Positions 36,363 to 47,500 of a DNA stretch of 64,000 nucleotides are shown piece by piece. The stretch spans positions 878-64,877 of the IMG/VR virus record IMGVR_UViG_3300025652_000061; one strand, 5' to 3'. A program made the position numbers and the translations under genes. Every line of letters begins with the position of its first letter. Positions within the stretch are counted from its first letter, which is position 1. The notes beneath the pieces are model-generated. The model was given only the letters and a program-made list of their open reading frames with translations. It was not told where the DNA came from and did not search any database. The stretch is from a virus. Taxonomy: Duplodnaviria; Caudoviricetes.

Positions 36363-38530
36363 GCTATTTTAAGTACGCGGAAAGGTCAGCAGAGTCTAGG
36401 GTAGACTGGGGGGAAATCAGCAAGAGCATGGTCGACATGCTCAATGAGCAGACACGACTAAGAAACCTTAAGCTTGACGAGGCCCAAAAGCGGCAGACAG
36501 AAATCAACACTAAGGCGTCCGAGGCGCCGATAGGTTCCGATAGGGATGCCAATGCTACTACATCAAACTTTGCTGGAGACGTCACGGAGTATTCCCTGAT
36601 GCTCGACCGCCTGTGGCGTAGCGGGAAGATGGACTACCGAGAGTATATGACTGCCACAAGCAACCTCATGACTGGTACCACCGCATACTTTAAGCAAAAG
36701 GAAAATTACGACGCCACATACGAGGAGCACGTAAAGCGCATGCAGCCTAACGAGAATGGATTTATTCCGGGCTCTACGGTGGAGGAAATTGCCTTGTCTC
36801 GGGCAGAGGATTTTGGGAACTTCAACAAATACAGACCAGAAATCGATGCCCCAACAGGGAACCTGTTCCTAGTAAACGACGACGGCACACGCTTTGCTGG
36901 CGTGACCGAGCTTGGTGTCGATGTGCTTTCCACCTACAACCGTATCAACCTTACTGAGCAGGTGAAGGGCGTAGTGGACAACGTAGGAAGTCGTGAAGTA
37001 ATTCTTTCTAACGGAAGGGTAGCTACCGTAGCCAGCGCTCTAGCCGAAAGCGAACGCACCGGCGATGAGGCAGCTACCAATGCATATAAAGAAGCTGAGA
37101 GCGGGTATATCTCCAGCATCCTTGGCGTCAATGACAACGCCACTACGTCCACCCTTGCCGACTACTCTGGCAACTTTGTCAGCGGGTATATCACTGATGA
37201 GGAAACCTTGAAGCGTGCTTCAGAGGTCGATTCCAACGTGATTATTATGATGCCCAGCCCCAGAGATTCTCGTAGGTATATCGGCGCCGTAGAGGACGAC
37301 ATCACCGATGAGGATTTTAAGAACTACATCGTCGGCCAGATGGGCGTCGAGGAGGGCAGCGAGCAGTACAACAACCTCGTCAACAACCGAAAGAGACAGA
37401 AGGGTTTGGCGGAAGGTTTTGTTCGCAATATGATTCGCGCGGGCTTAGACTATACGGAGACGGAGCGGGAGGTAACTCCATATAAGGCACCCTCTTTAGA
37501 GGAAAGGAAGTATATGGATGATGTGAGCGCGAGAAACAACATGGCGGCGCATTGGATGACCATTCTTACTGGTGACCCAGAGGCTAGAGACGTAGCTATT
37601 GCAGCCCTTGAGACGCAACCTAACGTACAAGAAATCGACGACGCTACCGACCAAGTCATTGTAACCTTTGTAGATGATTCAGGAGGTACAAGCCAAAAAG
37701 CATATCCTAAGACACAAGTAGGGAGGCGGGACCGAACAACAGAAGGTGGGGAGCTGGTTGCGGCCCCAAGGCTTAATGTACATGATTGGGCTATTACGGG
37801 AATGGATGTCCATAATTCTGCCGAGGACCAATTGATTAGGGCTGGAGTACAAGCGGGGCTGATACAGGTAGGTGAAGACGGTGCGGTGACAGGAATGGTT
37901 TCAGCTGACACGTCTACCGGAATTGGGACGCGAACCAACATCCTTGAACCTGTTGACTTTGGCAGCGGGACTATCAAATTGGCGCTGCCTGCTGATGTCA
38001 AGATTAAAAACACCTTGGTTCCAAAGGGTACTGTAACAGAGTTTACTCCTGAGGGTGCGCTCGAAGCAACCATGAAGGTGTCAGAGACTGGTCAGGATTA
38101 CGAGGAGGGCGTTAGCACCGTGCTCGACGCCATGTTCAACGGCAATATCGACACCTCTCAAATCATCTCATTCGATGAGGACGTTGTAAGCAGCAAGACC
38201 GCAGAGCAGATAGAGCAAGACGTTTTGCGCGTGATGATTCCAGACCTTATGGAATTCCCTCTGTTTATTCCTATTGATTCAGAGCATAGTCCGGCAGAAA
38301 TCAAAGCCATAGTACGAGAGCTTGAAGACGCGGCAAACAATAATGTTATGGTGAGCGGAGAAAACCTCAGGGAATTCATACAGAGTATCCGTGACGAAGA
38401 CTATAGGAAGCTGGTGGCGAACACAAACAGAATTATGAAGGGTACTTCCGATTTTACTCGAACAAGCCGAGCATCTCGTACTTCTCCGGCCCCTTCACCC
38501 GAAGCTCCACGCCCAGTTCAGATGCGGTAA
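36359..38530 (+). CDS. Internal virion protein
   Basis: 723 aa, VDWGEISK N-terminus; lies between the ejection genes. Confidence 0.65.
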   Translation: MSYFKYAERSAESRVDWGEISKSMVDMLNEQTRLRNLKLDEAQKRQTEINTKASEAPIGSDRDANATTSNFAGDVTEYSLMLDRLWRSGKMDYREYMTATSNLMTGTTAYFKQKENYDATYEEHVKRMQPNENGFIPGSTVEEIALSRAEDFGNFNKYRPEIDAPTGNLFLVNDDGTRFAGVTELGVDVLSTYNRINLTEQVKGVVDNVGSREVILSNGRVATVASALAESERTGDEAATNAYKEAESGYISSILGVNDNATTSTLADYSGNFVSGYITDEETLKRASEVDSNVIIMMPSPRDSRRYIGAVEDDITDEDFKNYIVGQMGVEEGSEQYNNLVNNRKRQKGLAEGFVRNMIRAGLDYTETEREVTPYKAPSLEERKYMDDVSARNNMAAHWMTILTGDPEARDVAIAALETQPNVQEIDDATDQVIVTFVDDSGGTSQKAYPKTQVGRRDRTTEGGELVAAPRLNVHDWAITGMDVHNSAEDQLIRAGVQAGLIQVGEDGAVTGMVSADTSTGIGTRTNILEPVDFGSGTIKLALPADVKIKNTLVPKGTVTEFTPEGALEATMKVSETGQDYEEGVSTVLDAMFNGNIDTSQIISFDEDVVSSKTAEQIEQDVLRVMIPDLMEFPLFIPIDSEHSPAEIKAIVRELEDAANNNVMVSGENLREFIQSIRDEDYRKLVANTNRIMKGTSDFTRTSRASRTSPAPSPEAPRPVQMR

Positions 38531-38548
38531 TCTAGCTATATTTACTTC

Positions 38549-41500
38549 ATGACAGAAGTAAGGCTTGGACCTGACAATGCGTCGTTTACAGAGAAGGTGA
38601 ACAATGAGTACACCAAAAACATCTACCGGTACGTAACCGAAATCGACAAAAGCTTAAGTAAAGACTTAAGCGAGATAGACTTCGAGCGTGCTGTACAAGA
38701 CGAGGCGTATGCAACTGAGATGTACGGGTTCATCTCTTCACACGACAATACTTTTAAGGAAGACGTTTCGCTGGAACAGTTCCTTTCTTCAGTAAAAAAA
38801 AAAGAACTCGAGCAGCCTACGGAGTCTGTATCGGAAGATGGTTTATCGGAGTCTCAGCTCGCTACTAGGCCAATTGAAAGCGAGCGTATACTCGGCGGTC
38901 TATCAGACCGCAGGTTTGAAGTTCAGCAGGAGGCTGAGCAGCGCAAGCTATCGGGCATACCGGAAGATGAGCCTATCGACCTTCCGGAAAGCTTTGTCGT
39001 TGCTGACGAGTTCTATACTCCAGAACAGCGGGCGTTGCGCCAGCGGCGTATCGATGAGTTTGATTTACAAGGTGACGCCGAGGAGTTTCGGCGTTATCAA
39101 GAGCTTATGGACGCCCAAGGTGAGGTTGAAATTCCCGAGCTCACTACCGTATTACAGAACACTAACGTAAGCCAAGACAGTGTCGACGCCTTGAGGATGG
39201 CGTATGGTCAGTATGGATTTCGTTTTGAAGGAGACGTTGCTGATGGCAATGGAACCATAGTGGCATACAACAACTACTTCGGTGATGCTGCTGCGATAGA
39301 ACTTAAAGTACATAATGGAGAGGTTCTCGGTATCGAGCAGCTTAATGTTTTTTTAAGCAACAACAAGGCTCCTGTTAATGCCGTTACACCTCAGGAACGG
39401 TCCGAGGCGGAGCGGGCTTTACGCATACAGGAGATGCGACGAGGTAGTCGCAAGCAGCTTGACGGTCGTGTCGACACACATAACCTATCATTTGTTGAGC
39501 AGAACGGAAAATACTTGGTGTTTCCAACCCTGTTTCCAAAAGACCCCACATCAACGCTTAGTAATCCATCTGCGTGGCTTGACCTGAATGAGGAGCAAGC
39601 GTTAGATGAGGCCAAGCGTCGCGACGAGGTGTTGTTTGTGAATACTGAGGAGGAAGCAAAGGCACTTGTCGACGGTAGCTGGCAAGACTTCGACACCATG
39701 GACCTCGAGGGCGAGCGTCTATACCGCGAGTATGGTCGTGACTATTACGCCGAGCGTCAAGCGGGTCGTGACTTGCAGGATATGATGGACGAGTACAAGG
39801 CCATCGAGACCCTTGAGTATGGTACACGAGTCGAAGACAATGAGTTGGTGAGAAAGTACCCGCAGTATTTCATCGACGGAAATATGGTTCGTGATGACAT
39901 GGGTGACAAGAAGAAGGAGCTTGAGTTGAGCATCGATATTTTGTCTGAGCAGATGGACGAAGAGGAGCTGGAGAGACTCAACGAAGACTTCGATTCTATC
40001 CTCGATACGCGACTAAGTGAGCGTGCCACCCGTGCGGCTTCAATAGGTCGTGACGCAAGAATTCTGATGGACGATGCCAAGGTCCGTGCCCAAACACAGT
40101 TCGGCCTTAACATCGAGGATTTGGTGGGCTCTGAGGCCGCTGACCCAAGGGAGTTTCAAGAGAAACTTAACATCGTCGAGACCTATGCAGCAGGAGCTAA
40201 GGAGCGGTTCCAAGCCGCTCAGATGTATGAGCAGGCTGAGCTTTACTTCGACAAGAAACTCAACAAACAGATTACAGGCATCCTCGTAGATGGGGCATCC
40301 AACTCTTGGAATAATGAATGGGAACGTAGTGTAGCTCGCGGAGAAGCTGGCATATTGCTTACGTCCATGCACTTTGGCCTTGGCCCCAATGCATCTCGTG
40401 AGGATGTAGTGCGTGCTGCGGGTCAAATGCTGGACCACGAAAACAAAAACACCGGGCGCTCTAAAGCCCGTGTCAACGATGCCGCTACATGGGGACAGAC
40501 TAAGGATGCGTTCTTTGAGTCTCCTCTTGACTACACAGCGGCGGTGCTATCCGAGTCTATTGGTATGCTTATGCCTCAGGTTTTTAACTGGAGGACAGGC
40601 GGAATGATGGCCGCAGGTGCTGGAGTAGGCGCTTTAACGGCGGGGCCCGGAGGCGCACTCGCAGGTGCTATAGAGGGACTAGGCTACGCAGCTACGGGTG
40701 CATTCGCCATTGCTGAGTATGGCCTTGAGATGGGTCAAGCTTTTATCGATGTGGCCATGGAGGAGGGCTACGACCTAAAGGACCCGATACAGGCTATGCG
40801 TGCTGCTCAGGACTTAGAGATGTGGGAACGCGCTGAGAAACGAGGCCATCAACGCGGTGTTCCTATCGCAATTGCATCTGCCCTGAGTAACCTTGCGGCT
40901 GGACGGATAATCACAGCAAGTAAGTATTTACCGGGTAGGGTTCGAATTCCAGCACAAGCGGCTGGGGTGATGGCTGAGCGGGTAACTATAGACCCTTTGT
41001 TTGAGATGGCGGGCGAGTATGGTGCCCTTGTCAGTTCTGGACAGTTCACTGGAAGTACGGCGAATTGGAAAGAGATATATGCCGAAGGCTTGGGAGCTAT
41101 GGGTCAGGGGGCTCCAATGGCTGTTTTGAATACGGCCAGTAGGATGGTGCGCGAGAACAGGTTCAAGATGGCTGTGGGCCTAATGGATATCGGCAGCCTC
41201 AGTGAGGAAAGGGCCAACCTCGGAATGATACAGCGTTGGGTAAACAATATGGAGAAGCTCGAAAAAATCTCTCCGGAGATGGCAGAGTATATCCGTAGGA
41301 ACGTAGGTCTCTTACGTGAGGCCAATGTATTGTTGGGGCGTAAGCCAAACTCCAGAGGCAGGTTTGCTGACCCTGAGGTAACGGCTCGTCTTGTGCGTTT
41401 GCTTGAGGCCAAAAAAATTATTGAAGGTGACGGGCGTTCCTCACAGCAAAACCAAAGCGGTGCATTCTCTGAGCTATTGTCACGCATCAACGATGAGATA

Positions 41501-44500
41501 GCGGAGACTGTAAGGACGGGTCGCCTCTCAGAGGAGGGGGTAGAGTTAAACCCTTCGCAGCGAGAGTTTACTCCGGGCATGGAACCAGACCTTAGTCAAG
41601 AGGAGGAGCTGGAGTTGCTCGTGGCTAAAGCAAGGCCCGGCGTATATCAGATTGACGGGTCCTTTATGGACCGTGTCAAGTTCGTAAACACAATAAAAGA
41701 AGAGAAGGATATTAGAAAGCTCAAGAAAGCCGTCGTCCTTAACGACCCCCTTGTAGCCAGCCTTTTAAAAATACAGCAAAATGCCATTCAAAAGCGAAAA
41801 GCAACGCCGCTACCTGTGGGCGAACAAGCCCAGTCTAGCGAAGAAGTGGACGAAGAAGTACGGGTCGACCCCCCCACGCAAGAAGAGCTTGATGACTACA
41901 AGGAAGGCTCGTTAACGAGCGAGCGCATTAGCCTCATCGAGGGTGACATCGTAGAGATTCTGGCATCGAAAGGTGAGCTCGATGCAATACAACAGCAGTT
42001 CTATGAATTCAATGCTGAAGAGATAGACCGTCGCGTCACAGAGTTCAATGCATTTGTAGAAGACAATGTCATTACTGAAGACGGCAAGCCTGTAACAAAA
42101 GAGAACTTAGGGATTATAGCCAAGGCAAAGAATGCTGTAGCTGCCCTAGCCAAGAACTTCCCTGAGGTTAAGGTCGTGCTCCATGACACAAGAGAGTCAT
42201 ATGAGAAGGCTTCTAAGGACACGACGGGGTCCGGGACATACTTGTGGGACCAGAAAGAAATCCACATCGACCTTACCACAGCTAATGATAGGACGGTAGC
42301 TCACGAAACCTTCCACGCTGTACTGAGGAATAGCATCGACGAGTCTGATGTGAGGGCCCTGATGGACGACTTCGTAGAGACGTTGCTGAAAGTATTGCCC
42401 GAAGACTCTGACATTTTGTCTCGCCTCAACGAGTTCATGCAACGGTATGAGGAAGGTGTCCGAAGCGAGGAGTTCGTGGCTGAGTTCTTTGGTATGGTGG
42501 CTGATGCGTATCCAGAGCTCGACGTCAAAGAGAAGGGTGTCGTCGCCCGTTTCTTGGAGCGGCTGGCTTCCATGCTCAACATTGAGCTCAACCTCTCTAC
42601 CGACCTGAACAAGCGAGACAAGCAAATCCTGTCTTTGCTGGAGACGCTCTCGGGCAAGGTGGCTGAGGGTAAGACCATCACCAAACGAGAGATATCCGCC
42701 TTCAAGGGTCTTACAGAGACCAAGAAGAAGACTGACCCAGAGGTAGAGGTAGAGAGTGTATTGCCGAAGAGGAGCACTCTTGGTTTCTCTGACAAGGAGC
42801 TGGTATTGCAGTCGGAGCGTGAGTTCGGGAAGAACGGAGCTGTCGGAGTATATGTAGACCCCGACACCGGAGAGATTGCAGCCGTGGTTGCGATACCGGA
42901 TAAGACCAGCGACGCAAACTACCTTGGGTACAAGAGGCTCTACGAGAATGGTAAGGCCACGAACAAGTTCGCAATCAAGGCTGACCTTAGTACGGCGGAG
43001 AAAGGCTCTACTCGCCCTGCGTTTGAGGCTGCTGTCGAGTCGCTACCCGACGACCACGTGTTGGTGGAGGCGGACAACATTTCCTCCGATGGCATTACCC
43101 TGTGGCTCAACCAGCTCCGCAACAAGTACGCGCCAACAGGAAACGTGTTTACGGTGCCTGTCAACGTGGCCGGAACAAAGGTTGACTTGGGCGGCCAGCC
43201 CGCGCCCGGACGGGACGTGTTCAACCGGGGTTTCTTCAGCAAGGGAGAGGCCAATTCGGCAGAGGCAAAGCTCAACGACCTCATCAAGGATATTCCGGGC
43301 GCAAAGATTACACGTAAGTCTGAGGCTAACAACCTATTTAGTTTCGAAGTCACGCTACCTGAGTTGGGGCGCTCGTCAACGAGCGGCGTCTCCTCGCAGC
43401 AGTTAGCTCTGGACAACTTACGCGCATCGCAGCAGAGGTCGTCTGAATACAAAGATTCAGACATAGAGGCATTGGCGTTTGAAGGTATCCTTGCGCACTT
43501 TACTGTGGCCAACATAAGGGAGTTTGAGCCGGGCAGAGGGCGTGTGCAATACTATGGTGAGGGGATATACTTCACAGGAAGACGCTCATACGCAAGCCTA
43601 TTTTCCTTCCTAAGCACCAATGAAATGGTGTCTTTCGTGGACGTGTCCAAAATGAATCTTCTTACTATACATAATTCATACAATGTATCGGCTGAGTTAG
43701 AGAATCAGATAGTGGACATGCTCATGGAAATGGGGCCTGCATACGACTGGAGGGGGGGCTTAATGAATAGGCAAGAAGTTTTTGACATGCTTTTTGATTC
43801 AGAAAACCCGGGGCTTACACCCTTGTTTAGAGTTCACTCTCAGGTTGTTAGGATGGGTCTGAACAAGGAGGCCGCAAGAATTCCGGCACCCAAAAACGTG
43901 GATGCAAATGCCGGGCAATATGTCCGCCCCCTATTCGAGAAGTTCTTCCCAGAGTATCAAGGCATCGTCAATAGAGAAGACCGAGAAAATGGACTGCCCA
44001 TAGATGTCGTGGTATGGGACTACGATGCTATCAATAAAAATATTGTTTCCGCCCCCCTCAATCGGCTTAAGAATATTCGTAACCTCTCCGCTTCAGAAGA
44101 GAAGCTTACTAGGCCCCGTTGGGGTGGGCGCTCCTCGCAGCAGGTCAATGTCGAAAGCAATGAGGACGGTAGCTTTACGTTCCGCACTGAGGGTGGCAGG
44201 CTCGATGCGTTCCTTGATGGCAACGTAGTTACGCTGGACAACATCTTTGTTGAGCCAGACGTACAGAGACAAGGCGTGGCGACACAGTTGGTCGATGCGG
44301 CGATGGATGAGTTCCGCGACGAAGAGAGTCTAAGTGTAGTAGACGAGGACGGCAATACGATTGAAGAGCCGCAGCCTTTTATTATCGCAATTGGCACTCG
44401 AGTTACTGCCGAGGGTGACGCCTTCTATGACGCCGTCATAGATGGTATCGAAGCGTTCAATAGACGCAATGACAGTAAGCCTGAATTCAATGAGGACGGA

Positions 44501-47500
44501 TTGTCTGAGGTGCGCATGTCTCGGCAGATGGGCTTGGAGGAGGCCACGCAGGAGTGGGTTGAGGAGAACTTCAAGAACGCCGACGCGGGTCTGCGCGAGT
44601 TCCTTGTGGAGTTTGTCAAGCAGCCGGGTGTACGCCTGTTCCTAAACCCTATCGGCGGAGGCTTCTTCTACGCCAACCAAGACAAGGGGAGCACAGAGCT
44701 TGACGTTCGCACAAGCATATATATGGAGAGGGGGTTAGTTTACCTCGACCTTCTTGAGGTGGTTGCGGGAGACAAGAGTCAGGGTGCGGGCACACGGTTC
44801 ATGCAAGACTTTGTGGCTGCCCTTGATGCGTCAAATCAATCCGCAGAACTGCTTGCTTGGCCACCTAAGTGGTACCAACAGGGCATGAGCGACGAAGAGA
44901 TGGAGGCCATCTCCAAGCGTCTGCAATCGTTCTACAGCCGCTTTGGTTTTACTCCCAAGAGTAAGTTCGATGACAACAGTATGACCCGTGAGCCGGGTGC
45001 TGTTCCGAAAGAGCGCACGGCGTTGGAAGAGCGCACGGCACGGGAGCGGGCAAATGTACTCACCAGCATCGCTGACACTCGAACTAAGAAAAATGTGTTG
45101 GGTCACATCATTGCTCAGACTTACGATGTTTATTCGGAACAATATGAGGATAAAACTGAGTTCGCCCGAATCGATAGGGCAGTTGACCCATACGATGAGG
45201 GCGTTCTTGCTACCGACCTTTATAGTGGAAGGGTTACAGCAGAACAGATTGAGGAGATAAACGATGAGTACGGAGACGGCCTCATCAACGAGGACGGTTT
45301 TGCTGAGAACTTTGAAGACTTTGTAGACTCGGATATAGTAGACGACTACGTCGACCTCGTCATCGAGGAAAAAGAAATTAGTGGACGGCTTCGTAATGTT
45401 GAGCGCCGGGTAAAAGAAGAAGGTGAGGCGGCAGGCCGGCGTGAGCGTAGGCTCGGTAAGCTGGAGGACAATACGATGGCTCTTGAACACATCCTCGCTG
45501 TAAACGAAGATGTGTATGGTCGGACTGAGACGGATGTATACAATCAGTATGAGGCATACTTGGAGGGGCGTTTGGATGAGGCCGACAAGGAGTACCTGCG
45601 TTCTCTTGAACTCGGTATCGACGTCGAGACAGGCGAGGTGGACAATGCCAGCAACCTATACGATGTCTTCCAAGAGCTTCAAGATGTTCGCGAACAACGC
45701 AATGACCTTGAGCGCCGCTCCTCGCAGCAGCGCGCCATGGAGACGGACGGCACGGGTCTAGACGTACAGGGTACCGAAGAGGTAGTCACGGGGGAAGTCA
45801 GCCCAACGGTGCTTGACAAAAAGAATCAGGAGCTTACCGATGATTACCGACTTGAAGATGCGGTAGGAACCATCAAAAGCGTGGCCTCAAGAGCCGTTAG
45901 TGCCGCTAGAAAAGCTGCTGCCGGTAAGGTTTCCTACAACAAAAGGAACCCTAGGACCGGGAAGGTTAAGGTGATAACGGTAGAGTATCCGTATCAGAAC
46001 AAGAAACTTTTATCTCTCCTCAATCGCAGGACCAACGCTGCAAAAAAGGCCACCGGGAAAAAGAAAGCCGCCCTGATGGAGCGGGTGAAAGAGACTACGT
46101 CTCAGATACTGGATGAGTTCGTGGACACCATGACCGAGAACATCCTCGCGGTATATGACACGCTTACACCAGAATTTATTGAGGCATCAAAGGAGTGGTA
46201 TGTCGGAGCCAATAGGGTAGCCAATGAGTTGGCAAGGAAGTACAACATTTCTCCTGAGCAAGCCGGGGCTGTCTTGGCTGTGCTGAGCCCACAGAACGAT
46301 TGGTTTAACAACATCTCGGTGGCGGAGAGGGCGATAGAGGTGATGTCAAAGCATTCCAATACCCCGTTCAGCAGGGAGATATTCGAGAAGGCTCTAGACA
46401 AAAACAAGACTGGTGCGTGGTCTTCCTTCCTGAAGGACGCCTTCGCTCGTTATGAGGGCATGACCCTTGAGCAGATGAATGAACAGGGGGTGGCTCTGGC
46501 AACGCAAACCGTCATCTTGCGTGCTATCGACCAAGCCTTGTATCCCGGTAAGGTCTTGCTTACCGACCCCGACGGTAGGTTCCTTGGCTTTGATACCACT
46601 CCTGTGCGTTGGGGTGCTACATCAGAGATTGCCAAAGCTATTTCAGCGTTCCGCAATCCCGACATTGATAGCATCCGGATGAACCTTGGGTATGGGAACA
46701 AGGTCCGCAACTTCTACAATAATATTGTAGACCCTAACTCAAGCTACCCCTACGTAACTGCTGACACCCACGCCGTTGCTGTGGCCATGTCTACCCCCAT
46801 GTCTGCCGATGACGCGGGTGGAGTGGGTCTTTTTGATGGTGGCTTTAGCCCGATGTATATGCTTGTCAAAGAAGCTTACATCAACGCTGCTGAGATAGCT
46901 GGCATCAGGCCCAGAGAGATGCAGTCTATTACTTGGGAGGCTGTACGGGTTGGCATGAACAACGCCAACAGAACTGCTGCCGCAGTAGAAAAAAACAAAT
47001 CCAAACTCAAGAGTCTAGTTGAAAACGAAAACGTCTCTCCTTATGAAGCAGCAAGAAGAATCCTTATCAACAACCCCAGCGTCAACCCTGAGTGGGCAAC
47101 AGCAAGAGGAATCCAAGTCCAAATTCCTGACCTTCGAGAGGGAGTTAGGGAGAAAGCCGAATCGAGAGGACGCGATATACTATCTCTACGGGGACGCTCC
47201 GGAAGAGACGTGGGAGACACCGGTGCCGGAGTGGGTGTTCAGCCTACCGAAGACCGCTCCTCGCAGCAGCGATTAGCCCCTAATGGAAAGCCCAGTAACC
47301 TGACGCCTGAGCAGTACGACTTGGTTCGTACTGAGGCTTTCAAGAACTGGTTTGGAGATTGGGAGAACGACCCGAAGAATGCCTCAAAAATAGTCGACGA
47401 TAACGGGGAACCCATGGTGGTGTACCATGGAAGCGTGGACCCCGACATACAAGAGTTTAGCGAGGAGGGTGCTCGAGAGCGACGCAGGTCCGGTCTAAAC

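Noticed and set aside
38838-45761. Other alternative-frame ORFs inside the giant gene (38838, 42876, 44004, 44442, 44988, 45510)
   Set aside because: S/R/L-rich shadow composition, and most overlap recognisable main-frame domains, unlike 41781 and 47043
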